NCBI GenBank assembly: GCA_036172245.1
Contig: JAYWIR010000002.1
Location: 5,580,001-5,644,000, forward strand
DNA from: Raillietiella orientalis
Lineage: Eukaryota
Reading direction: 5' to 3'
DNA length: 64,000 nucleotides
Shown: in pieces, positions 1 to 12,200 of the stretch
How the letters are laid out: each line of letters starts with the position of its first letter
Numbering within the stretch: position 1 is the first letter of the stretch
Program-made: the position numbers and the translations under genes
Notes under the pieces: model-generated
The model's input: only the letters and a program-made list of their open reading frames with translations
Told to the model about the DNA's origin: nothing
Database searches by the model: none

Positions 1-1153
1 CGTCGTCTCCCGCCTTCCGGAAACCGACGCAGCTTCCACGTTCGTGGATCTTCGCTCGGAGAACGCGGGCGGCTCTCATCCGCGAGCTGAGGACGCAGAG
101 ATGAAGGTGGCGAGCGTTCCTATCCCCTCCCCCCGTCTGCTCCCTCGCCCTCGCATCCTTTGAACGGCGGTCGGCATCCCCTCCGACGTCCTTTGATCGC
201 GGAGACCCTTGTCGGCGCCGCTTCCAGGCGCAGCGGTCTCTCTCGAGGCTCCTTTCTCCAGAGGGCGGCTAGGAGCGCTTGGCGGGAACGGGTTGGTGCA
301 CCCCCCTCCCATGCCAGCCTTTGAACCGCGAGGGAGATCCGCGCTGAGGGGAGAATCTGTCGCTCAAGCGGCGTGCGAAGCCCCTCTTAGCAGACGGACG
401 AGGGCCAGAAAAGAGTGGACACTGGGCCGGCCCTCTTTGCCGGCTCCCTCCGAGGAGACGGGGGGACGTCCTTCAGCAAATCCGTCCGGGCGAGGGAGTT
501 CCCCGTCCGTTTCCCTGCCTCGCGACAGGGGGTCTTCGGGAAGGCATGCTGGTCCTCGAGCTCTGTGCATCCTTCCAGATTCCCCGGGAAGGACCCTGGT
601 ACGGATGCAGCGGCGGATTCATTCACGGGAGGGGGAGGGAGAACACTGGCATCCCTTCCCCTTTCTCAAACGGGGCGCCTCCCGTTGGTTCCTGGAAACT
701 GGAAGAAGAGGTCGAGAGCTCTTGTCGGCTCCTTCCTTGTCTTCGTATCAGGACGATTCCCCCACCCACTCCGCGAAATCCTGGGAAGGAAGGGGAGGTT
801 GCGCTTTCGCCGCAAAAGCACCGGAGGACGTTACGTGGCGAAGTGCAGGCACGGAGATCCTCTACCCCCCCTCGAGAGCCGCGGGCGCTTGTCGACGGCA
901 GCTCGAAGAGTCGCGAATGATGGCGTGGCAGGGGGACAGTCAAAGAGGAGACGTCTTTCTCCCGATGGAGCCCCAGGCAGGTTCCTCCACGGGAAGCCGA
1001 AGGGGCTTTGAACGGGGAGGGGAAAGACCTTCCTAGCGGAGCGCCCAGGGAACTGTCGCCCAGTTCCCTGGGCGCTGGCGCAGTATGCTGGGAATCGCTT
1101 GGCGGAAGCATCTGCCGTCGGCACGGCAAGAAACGCCATTCAGTGAGAACGTT

Positions 1154-1250
1154 GGTAACAATGCTTGCGGTTGCAGCGGCGGCGACGGAAACGGAGTCTC
1201 CCGGGGAAATGCACGGAGCGGCCACTCCGGCAACGATGCTTGCGGTTGCC
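1154..1250. repeat. Short direct duplication
   Basis: ggtaacaatgcttgcggttgc and ggcaacgatgcttgcggttgc, ~75 bp apart. Confidence 0.6.
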
Positions 1251-4200
1251 GCAGAGACCAATCCTGGTGACGCGTCCCCGGTGAGCGCATGTTCTTCGCA
1301 GCGAGACGATCGTCTGCTCCTCGTCGCCGCTCCCCTTCATGGAAAAACAGGAAGGAGGGGGGGGCAATCGCTGGCGGTGAGGAGAAAGTGGAAGCGCTCT
1401 GAACCCGGAACCCCCTGGTCCCAGCGCTACCCTCGTCCCTGCTCCCTCCTGCTTCCTTTCATTCCTCTTTCGAAGCGCCCCTTTGCCTGGCGGGCTGGAG
1501 GGTCTGCAGGGGAGACGGACCCCTCGCCTTTGCCTGATGCTCGCGGCAGGGCACTGGGGAGGCTGGAAAAGGGGAAGGAAGGACCTTGCGCCTCCTCCTC
1601 CTCTCCCTCAGGGTGGAAGGTGAGGGGAATGGGGAGTCCCGGTCGGTGTTTGTTCCTTAGGCAGTTGCGTCTCTATGAGACTGCCCCTCAGGGCAGAGAC
1701 CCGCCGCTCCTCCTCCCTGGGGGGAGGGGCAGGAAACACGTCGAGAAGTCACGGACAGGGGAGATTGGGCTCCGGCTGGCGGCGCTTCCCTTTCTGCGTA
1801 GGCCGCCCTCTCCCCCGCGGAACCACCAAGAGGGCAGAGGACCACCCGTGGAGGGAGAACGGCCGCGCCTGTCCCCCTCCCCCTCGCGCATAACCCTGGG
1901 CGAACGGGACTTCCCGCGCCGGACCTGTGGGTCTGAGGGACGCTTCTCCTGAGGCACTGCTGGGAGATCCCGGCCGGCGGCCGAAAGGCACGCTGATCCC
2001 GAGTGGCTCCGGTGGAGGTGGAGCCAAGCGATTCCCCTGGTGGCTTCCCCCACAACGACCCTCTCCCCTTCGCAGCTAGCGATCCGGGAACGGTTTCCGG
2101 GAGTCGGACGACGGGTCCGCGGGAACGATCGCGGAGCCTCTGGGGTCCCACAATACCTCGCGCGCACTAGGGGCAGCAGGGGCGAAATGGGGCGGGAGTG
2201 GCGCTGGTGCGAGAGAGCCGCAGCGGCGACGCTTCCGGGACATCCATCATCCCCCTGCCCTCATTACCCTAATGCGCCCCCGGGACGCGTTCCTCCTGCC
2301 GCTGATTTCGTCGGAATGGAATTTCAAGCGCGGGAACGCAACCCGGTGCGCCCTCTGCTGACGCGCGCAGTGGCGCCCGCCACCTCCGGGAGCCAACGCC
2401 CGGAATTCCCTCTCGTTTTTTTGGTCTTTTTTTTTTTTTTTTTTTTACACGCATTTAAAAAACGATCAATAAGGAGGGGAGGGGAGGAGGAGGAGGAAGA
2501 GTGAAGGAAGGGAGCGAAGGGCGAGTCGGACGCTGCGGACCGAGCGTTTTCCAGGGAACTCCTCCTCGCAGTCAGCTGATCGGGAAACCGGCGTTTCGGG
2601 AGCTGCAAACGGGGAAGGGAGGGGAGGGGAAGGACGTGCCTTTCCCTCCTTTCATTTGAAATATGGCGTATCGCGCGCGCGGCCAGGCATTCCAGGAAGT
2701 GATTTCGCAGCCACGTCCTCTTCGCTCCCGTTCGTTATGAACTCGGGCTGCGAATTCGCGTCATCGGGATGCATCGCAAGTAGCGCCTCGTTTCGCTCCC
2801 GAAGTTAGATCCTCCGCCGAGGGGATCCTCCGCCAATGCGCCGCCGATCCGGCACGGGAAAGGGGGAAAGAAAGAAAGAAAAAAAAAGGAAAAAAAAACA
2901 CGCCGGTCACGCGATCGGGACGTGCGGGGGTTCCCTTCCAGCTCGTTCGCGCGTCCCGATGAACCTCTCCGAATCCATCCGTGACAAGTGAACCGCCTCC
3001 GGGGCGCTCCGCGCCGAGCCGTGCGCAACCCGCGCCCCGCCCCTGCTTCCTCAAAGAAGCCCAGAAAGATGGGAGGAGGGGGAGGTGCTCCTTCCTCAAG
3101 CCGGGAGGTAGGGAAAATCCCGCTCCGCCAGCCTCCGAAGCTGCCGCGCGCACCCGATGCCGCGCGCGCGCTATCGATAATCGTTACCGCATTGTGACGT
3201 CAGCGCCTCAGGGGATCCGCACTGTTGCGGCGACACCGCGCAGGAAGCGGTCGGCGGCGGTGTGTGCGGAGCCGCCGCTGTCGTCCCCTCGCCCGCGAGA
3301 AGCCGCCCCCCCGGTCTCCACCGGACGCAGCTCTTGGCGCGGGGTGGTGCGCGGAAATGGGAGAGATTTCGAGCGGCGACCGTCCCTCTCCCTTCCCCCT
3401 CGGCAGCCCTGCAGGGAGCCGTCCGCCGCCTGCGACTCGGTCGGGAGACATCTCGGGAGCAGCGACGGCGGCGGCTTCGCGCGATGGCGCTGAGCGCACG
3501 CGGCGCTCGATAAGCTGCTCGAAGCGAAAGCCCCCGGCTCTTCCCCAGCAAGTCCGGGGCGGCCAGCGAGCGCGCAAAGTGGGGCCGCCGTGCTCCTACT
3601 TTCTCCGCATAAGGACGGGAAGACCCCAAATTTAATAATGGGGCGTCGTTTCGGAACGGGGAGGGAACTAGGTGGACGGCGGGGAGGGCATTGAGCCAAT
3701 TGGCGCGGAGGCGCAGGAGCGAGCTGCCGCAGCCATGGAGACGGAAGCGGGATCAGATCCGATTCACGCGGAAAATTGCACCCCAAGGGATGGGGACCGT
3801 CGATGCTCAATTAATTCGCATTTTACGATGGCACGTGAATGAGGAGACGAGGAAAGCGAAGGATCCGGGATGACCGGGGAAAAATGTCCTTTCGCTGTAA
3901 TGGGCACCGATGTTTTGTGCGCCCCTCGCGGATGACGTCTGATTCCGGCCCCCTCCTCCCCCCCCGCCGTGTGCATTTCGCGAAGTCCCGCTGCGGGGAG
4001 TTCCCGCAGGAGCGTTCCACCAGGATCCACTCGAGGACAGCCGCTGCGTGACGCTCGCGGACCCGTCCTCGGACCTCTGGGGCTTCCTCTAGCGAGTTCC
4101 ACCCCACGTCCGTCCCCCGCGGGGCGCCCGTTCCGGCTGGCGTACGCCTCGAGTGCCCCTCCGCGGAAGGAGAGCGGAGGACGCGCATGCAAACGGACGG

Positions 4201-6291
4201 AACGGCTGGATGTGCGTGCCGTTCCTCGTCCCGCCTGCTTTTCGCTCCCTCTTCGCCCCGTTCGCTCCCTCCGGATAGCTGCCGTCTACCGGAACTCCTC
4301 CCCGCCCCCCTTTGGAAATCCCCCGGCAGCCGCAGTTCGCCAAATCCGGTGGCGCTCGCGGTTCGCCAGCTCTCGAGACGCCGAGACCCCACGTGCAAAG
4401 TGCCCACTGAGGGGAGGTTCCCAGTGGCTCCTTTCCGCCCGCCTTCGAAAAGGGAAGCAGCGAAACACCCCGGACGGTCCAGGTGCACCATCCATCATGC
4501 AGCTTAGTGTTCCGCGTGAAGGAAAGGGCGACGTGTTTATCCCCGGGCCTCCCTTGCTAGCAGATTTTCATTTCGTTTCATTACAGGCGGATTTGCCCTC
4601 CTTCGCGGACGAACTGGTCCGAGGCGCGGAGTGCGCGGAAGGCCATAAATCTTCCGAAGAGACGCCGATTATCCTCTCCCGTTTGCATGCCGATGTGCCT
4701 CTCACACATCCAAATGAGGCTGTTCATTAGGACCACTTCATCCTTCTGCATGCACTCTCGCCGAGAATTTCGGATGCCGTTGGCGGATCCCCGCACCTCC
4801 ACGCTCCGAGGCTCTCGTTCGGAAACAGATGCTTCCCGTTCAGGACAGAGCGCTCCCCCTCCCTGCACTCCGCGGACGAACTTGATGTTCCAATCCACCT
4901 CCCGTGCGCGCTGTGACGGGGAACCCCTCCGAATGCTGCCTGCGGCCTGCCGCGTTCCAAAGTGACCACGCGAGGCGGGGGGAGGCGAGGAAACGGCCTT
5001 CCTTCCCACCAGCTCCGGACTCGTCTCAGGCGTTGGATAGATCCCCGTCCTGCCGCACGCTCCGCGCTGGCCGCGAAGGGGCTCGCGGGGGGGGAGACAT
5101 GGCTCGAGGGGGCGAGACGGCGCGCGCGCGAGGCTTCCGCAGGTGCCGTGCGCCGACGAGGGCGCAAGGACGCGCGGCTGAGGAAATCGGCCGCGGAGGC
5201 ACCGTTTCCTCCCCTCAGCGTCGCGGGCCCGTCCGTGCATTGTTGTCGTCGCCTGCAGCCCAGCCTCGCGCATTGTTGCTGCCTCTCGCATTGTTGGCGC
5301 GCGCGCTTCGCAAGCGCTTTTCCTGCTCTTCCGTAACCCGCGTCGGTTTGCCGGTCATCCAGGAGGCGCTTCCGGATTCCAGTTGCAGCCCTCCGCGGGA
5401 AAAGCTGAGAGAACGCCGCCAGCGGGCGCGTTACGGGCACGCCGCGGTATGGAAGGCGAGGTGGAGTTCCGCCCCCTCCTCTCCAGGTGCCGCGTTTTGC
5501 TCGCGAGCGGTTAATCCACGCTACCCGGCCGCTTGCCTTCCTCGCCCGCTTCCTGGCAGCCCTCGAGCGGCACGCAGGCATCCGTCCCGCTGGTGAGGCG
5601 CTCTCTCTGAGGAGCAGCCGAGCGGGAGAGGGGGAAGGGGTGAGGCTCCTCCTCCCTCCCGCGGGACGAGGAGGTTTTTCGGTTGTCAGGTGCGGAGCGA
5701 AATCCCCCTTGCTCAAGCACGCAGGGCGTCTGCCAGAACGGATGCCCTCCCTGGAAGACGTTCCCGGATTCCCAGACGCCCGAGAGGGCACATCGCTTTG
5801 GCGCCAGCGAACCCAAGGTACGCGACTGCGCCCAGCCCTTGCTCCGTCCTCCCTGGGGGCACCGAGGAGCTTCCGTGCCCGAATGCTCTTCGAGGAGGCG
5901 TGGCCCGGACGGCTTCCCATCGCTTCCCCTGCGCCTGCAGGCATGCGCACGGGCAAGGCGCCCCGAGGTTCACGGCGGTCACCTATCTACCTCTGCAGAG
6001 GGTGAAGAGAGAAAGGCGTCCAAGTGGTTGCGCGAGGGACAACCGCTTCGTTGTCCGGGAGATGGAAGGAGGGCCAGTGACCGCTCCTCGCATCGGGGAG
6101 GCATCCGGGCAGGCGTGGGACCCTCCCGATGCGGGTGGCGTCAAGCGGGTTCCTGGAATCCTGGCGCCCCTTCGGGACGACTGTGGCCGCCCCCCGCCAC
6201 CACGCGCGCGCGCCTCACGCGAACGGCGGCGGCGGCGACGGCGGCGGCGGCGGCGCGCCCGCAGTACCGACCGACGGGCAGCCCCTAGCGG

Positions 6292-9200
6292 ATGGCCGAG
6301 CGCAGCAGCAGCAACAGCCGCCGCCGCCGCCACGCCAGCCGGAGCGCGCCGACGAGCAGAGTAAGCGGTGGTGGGAGGGGTGCCACCGCTGGGGACGGGG
6401 GAACGGTAGATCCCTGGACGTTTTCCAGGTCGGCCTCCCAACCTCGGGGTTAAAGCTGTAAGGGGTGTGCACTAGAGTGGCCCCTGGTGGGAAGGGAGCG
6501 GTGGCGCCTCCTGGATTTTCCACCTTCCATTTCCTCCCACCTCTCGGCCCGCCCCACGAGCGGCAGTGCGCGCGTCCGCCACTGCCTCAGCCCCCGACCC
6601 CTAGCCTCTCTGCTTTCTGTGGCCCATGACTGACGGGGTGCCGCTCTTCCAGGTGCCACCGACCCCGGAGGGGACGTTACCATCTAGCCCTCCCCTCTCC
6701 CTTTCCCCTTCCCCCGCCTCCGACGAGCAGAGCGGAGCACCCAGGATGAGGCCCGAGGGCATCCTGAGGGAGCTGGTTGCTGGCGCCGACCGCGACCACG
6801 CCCTGCAGCCGAAGCCGCGGAAGCTGCGAATCGTCGTCATCAGCACGTTCCCAGGTAGGGGGGCACCCCAGAATGCTTCCCCGGGGATCTGCGGGCCTGA
6901 GGGAGATTTTCCGGGCACACAAGGGGAGGGCAAGGCAGATCAGGGGAGGAGCGAAGGCTGGGGGCTGTCCTTCCCCAGGGGTCGGAGTTTCCATCAGACG
7001 AGTGGATGGGTCCGACCAGGGTAGGTGGCCACCGCGCGGTTCCCTCGGGCCGCTTCCTGGGAGGGAGCAGCCGTGTTCCCCTCCACATTTCTCCCTCCTC
7101 ATCCTAGAGGAACCTTTCCCAAGGGGGTGCTTTCGGTGCCGGCTCTCTGACCAAGGTCCTCCTCTTCGGAGAACTGGACCCTTCGGCGTGGACAGGGAGC
7201 CCCGGGTAAGGCCCCGGAGGAGAGGACGAAGGCCGCGCTCGGATCCCCGCGGAAGGGCGGGGGCAGGACGGGCCGAGTCGCCCTCCCGGAACTGCTCTTC
7301 CGAGGGAAGACGCTGCTGTCGCCCTACACTCTCCACTGATCTGCGCGTGACTCCTCTCCGGAAAACCCGAAGACTCTGCCCTGCCGGGGAGATCCGGGAG
7401 GCAGCTCCGCGCCCTTCCCAGGTCAGCGGCCCTCTTCTCCTCCCGCTGTCGCAGAGGCTCCATCCACTGCGAGTCCTCCGTGTCTCCCAGGGGATCCGCG
7501 GCGAGGGGCGTCCTAGAGTTGCCTCTGTCTTGGAGGCCGCCGATGAGAGGCAGCACCTTTGACTGGGATCCCTGAGAGGCACCGGAAGTGCTGCCACTCA
7601 GGGGTCAGGGGCTTGCGATGTCGATTGGCCTCTGCCCTCCCAGGGGAACTCCCTCTTCCGGCCTTTCCTTTCTCTCCTGGAGGGTCTCCAGCGGCTCCCA
7701 CTGAGCGCGGACGTTGTGTTGCAGATTTCGTCCACGAGAGGCGCGTCCTCCACGACCGAGTCATCCCAGAGTTAAAAGGGTTCTACGCCGCCTTGGGAAT
7801 CGAGGTAAGGGGGCGTCCCGATCTCTAGGGGGAGGGTGGGCGGTCCAAAGGAAGCCGGGGATGCTAGCTGAGGGAGAGGAAGGGAGGAGGGGGATCCTGT
7901 TCCTCAGAGTTGCCGACGCTCCCTTCCGACTGCGACCCGCGACCCGCCCCGGAAGGGAGTCCTCAGCCCTCTCGAGGAAAACCGACTCTGCGATTCCAGG
8001 GTAAGGGTGGCCCTCTCTTGCGTTCCTCCTTCCTCCGTTCGGAAGCAGCAGGATGGGCGTCTGTCCCTCTTCCCCCCTCCTTCCCTTAGGTGTTTCTGTC
8101 TTGCAGGGCCCCGAGTTCGGAGGGGAGCTTTCCTGTGGGAGCAAGCGCGTGCAGGAAGATGAGTTCGCGGGATCGTGAGGGGGCTACCCGACTCGGCCCG
8201 TCTCAAGGAGCCGCGGCAACACGCCAGTCGCACTTCCTTGTAGCCGGAAGTCGCCGACATCCCCGGGAAATCTCATGTTTTTTTCCTCGAATCTTGGGAA
8301 CGTACCCCTGGCACCTTGGGGGCCACTTCCCGGGAGCGGAAGCGCGCTGTCAGGAGTCTGGAGATCTCTCTCCGCGTGCGTGGCAGAACCGCTGGATCTT
8401 CGAATTGCCTTTGAGGATGAGTTCATCGGAAAAGGAAGCCTCTCGTCTAGAAGTAGCAATCTGTTGGTGCCGTGCGAAGGAAGACACAATCGATCACGCG
8501 TTTTCCCTTGCACCTCCCTGAGAGAGAGAGGGGGGGAGCGGGGGGGATGATGTCAGCTGAGAGACTGCTGCTCTCTCATGAAGGGACGAGAGAGAGGACT
8601 GACCTTAATATTCCGCGGAAAGCATCTTTTATTAGGCAGTCTCCGAGGTTCCAGGGAACCGTGGAATGTAAGATGACTCCCTCCTGCCTTTGGTAGAGAA
8701 GGTTGCGTTGAGCCGACAGTCCCTTGCGCGACCGCTGCGGAAGCGCGAGCGTGCAACTTCCCGTCATCCTTCGTTCCACCTCCTGAGGTGACGACGGTCA
8801 ATGAAAAGTTCCCGCACGTGGACCTGACACTTGTCCTTTTGCCGAGGACTGAATGAGCGATCGAGTTAGTAGCTCGGCTCCGAAACCTTGCTGTGAGAGA
8901 GCGCAGACCTTTCCCTTTCTCAGATGTTTGAGAAGGGACGAAGGAAGCCTTTGTGGAGCGATGGGAAGACGCATGCTTTCTCTGTGACGGTCCGTTCCAT
9001 CACAGGGCAGATTTCACTTTCGTTCGTTCCTCGTATCCAGCTGCCACCCAACCCTGTTATCCTTTCTTTACATCATCGATAAGAGGCAGCGGTCGATTCC
9101 TTGCACTTTCACTATCAAGAAAGCGAAAGATTATGATCGCTTTCGTACTTTCACTGCCAACAATGGAGGGCGCCCGTCTCGGTCTCGTGTTCCTGCTATC

Positions 9201-12200
9201 AACAATGGAGGGCGCCCGTCTCGGTCTCGTACTCCCTCTGCCAACAATGGTGGGTGTCCATCTCGGTCTCGTGCTTCCACTTGTGAATATCGAATCTCGA
9301 CTCCATCAGAAAATTCCTATTCCTACCAGCTGGTAGTGGCTTGCATGAATTCTTTTCATTCTTGCACCCTGTGCCTCAGATCGCCAACAAAAAAGCCCTA
9401 AGAAATGCAAGGATCTCCATGCTCGTCGTTTTACTTGCGCCAAATGCACTGCGAAGTCGGGTCGCCCCTCCGGTGAATCCGAACGCGGGGATGCTGCCTA
9501 GAAGAGTCTCTCCTAGTAGGGTTGCACGGCCGTCCGGAAGGGCGGCGACAAGTGGCTATTCTTGGTGCGCCTCGTGCTCGAAAGATCCCTTCACGACCTT
9601 GGTGACTCCCACAACTCGTTTTCAGGGCCAGCGGCAGCGCTTGCCAAGAAGCGAAACTCTAAAGCCACTCCTTTCATTCCCATCATCGGACTTCATCGCG
9701 TTCCCATGACCTGTCGCTTCCTTGTACCCGACACGAGGAAAGGAGAGCGACACTACAAGGGAGGGATGTGCTTCCTATGGGTCCACCGAGGCCCCGCGAT
9801 TTGAGTCCCACTCAGGCTTCTGACCTTCGAAAACAAGGCCGAGCTCGGCTGGGACAGGAGCCTCTTGGCAGAGCCATCTCGAGAAGGCGCCTCTAATGGC
9901 CTCAGATGGCGCGGTTCCTGGCACGACCGTGCCACAACGCTGAAGATGAGGCTCGAGACTCGAGCACTCCAAGCATCGCCAGGGGTGGTCGGTCGCGAGG
10001 GTGGATGTTCGAAGACGAAGGGCTCCAGTCGGAAGGGGAGGAGAAGGAGAAATGGGAGACGCGAAAGGGCAGCAGCACCCCGCGAGGCACGCTGCTCTGT
10101 CTGGATCTTCGGCCCCCTGGGAGAGACCGTGAAGGCCACTTCTCAGGCGTTCGGTCTCACAGCGTCCGAGACCCTCCCTTGAGGTCCCCTGCGAGGTCGC
10201 GGCTTCGCAAAAGTCCAGATCCAACTCGCGACATCCTCCTCCTGCGCAAAGTTGCAGCCGCTGCTTTCTCCTCGCGAGGCTTGGGGGCTCCAGGAGTGCA
10301 GCAGCGTCGCTCACAAGTCGATTGGCCTCCTCCGGACGTTTCTCCGCCTTTCTTGCACTTTGCCGGTCAACGCGCGGTCCCCTCGTGTGGCCTCCCTCGA
10401 TCTGCGGCGGCGCATCCTTCGTGCAGGCCGGTCCGGATGCTAATTCGCACGCTCCATCTCGTCTCCCAGCTACCAGCAAGCACGTCTCCGGATCTGCCGT
10501 GGCGGCCGTTCCTTGCCCTTCTCACTCCGCTTCCCCTTCCGCGTTCCCGGACTGCGGCGCCATCCGAGTTTCCGGAAGTCCAGCGCTCGGTGGGACAGCA
10601 GGGAAGAGGAGAGGGAGCTTCTCGCCGCTTCGCCTCCGCCCCCGCGGGGGAGGGAGGAGCAGCGGAGCCCGAAGAAGATCGAAAGACGAAGCGCCTCGCG
10701 CCTGTTGCATCGTCCTGGAGAGTCCCCACTTCCCGGCTCCACAGGTCCCTTCGCTTCCCCCGACGCCGTCCGGCGGCTCAGTCGGACTCTTGCGCTCCAC
10801 GCACGGGGGCGGCGCCCGTCGGTCGGAGAGGGGTGGGGGTGGGTTCCAGTGGAGGCATCCCTGGGTGGCTGGACAGGTGCCGCCATGCTGCCCGTGGCTC
10901 CGCGCAGGTGTCCCGAGGGCGCGCTCCTGGAGTGAGGACCTTCCTGGAGGCGGCAGCGGGTCCTCCCAGGCGGGGAGGCTGAGGATTTTCCGGGCGTGAG
11001 CGAAGAGGAGGAGGAGGAGGAGGAGGAAGGGAGGCTTTGAGCGCTGGGATCGGCTCTGACGCAGAGGCTGGGCGACAAGGGGGGGGAGCAGAATTGGAGA
11101 GTCGTTTCCCCTCCTCTCCCTCGCCGGGTCGCCCTCCTCCCTATCTCTCCCCAGCGGCTCCCCAGGTGGCCTGGGGTTATCGCCGAGAGTCAGCAGTTCC
11201 AGGGAGCAGAACCAGGAAGGTCCCGGACCGAACTCCGGGCGGATGCCCGGGGCGCTTCATTGTATGCCCTACTTCCAGGTCCACTTCGTTGACTTCGGCG
11301 CCATCTTCCCGTACAGCACGTCATCCGCAGTGAGGACACAGATGAGGGAGATCCGAGACTCCTTCGAAGCGAGCATGGGATGCTTCCTCGTGGTGAGTTT
11401 TTCTCGTAAAGGGGGGTCCTCTCCTTCCTCCGGAGCCGAGAGGCCAGCATCCTGGGCGCCGGACAGCCTCCCCCCTCACGGAAGAGCCCACTCCGAGGGT
11501 GTGCGCCTCCTCGCTTCCCCTTCCCCGTCCTGGATCAACCGACAAAAGCTCCTGCTCTCTCTCTGACTCGCCGACCTTTCCCGGACCCCAACCCCCGGAG
11601 ACTCCCTTCTTGCGGACCACTCCCTGATTCAACGCTTCGCCGCCTGTCCCGCTCCCTTTCCCTTTCCCCCGGGAGGGAAGGGGATGATCTTTTCCGCCGT
11701 TCCCACCTCCGTCACCTTCGTGCCGTCCACAGGGGGAGGAGCACAAGAACGACTTTCCTTCCCGGGGTCAATGCATACCCTTCCCTGGGCTCCCTGGATC
11801 GGTGCGGGAAAAACTTCAGGAGAATTGACTCCACCATTCCCCTCCCTACCCCGGACCTTCCGAATGTAACCACACGGAAGGCATCGTGGCACGCCCGATG
11901 GTTGTGGGGACGCACAAAGGAACGGCGGCGTTCCTGGCACCTCGGTGCACGCCGTTCCTGGGAAAAGTAATTCGGGCAGAGCGAGGGGAATACCGGAGGG
12001 AAGGGACGTATCCCGGAGGGAAAGGAAGCCCGGGAGCGTCCGCTTTCCCATGGCCGTCGGGTCGGCACCTAGTGGGCCGACCCGAGACGGAACGGGAGTT
12101 CTCGTTCCGGGAGGGAAAGGAGTCGCTGTTTCGAGGAGCGTTTTTCTGCAGGGAACCAGGGAATCTCTCCCGAGAGAGACAGGATCTAGTTGGGACTCTC

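Noticed and set aside
730..880. SYQDD and RHGDPLPP resemble RT motifs YxDD and RQGDPLSP
   Set aside because: Wrong order, different frames and no other supporting motifs.
6129..6360. Longer ORF with poly-Gly/Gln/Pro as first exon
   Set aside because: Its phase at the 6361 donor runs into a stop in the next exon; the ATG at 6292 gives the compatible phase.
9143..9275. Repeat with variable linkers, considered as a CRISPR array
   Set aside because: Plain 42-bp tandem repeat with related ~11-nt linkers, eukaryotic context and no cas genes.
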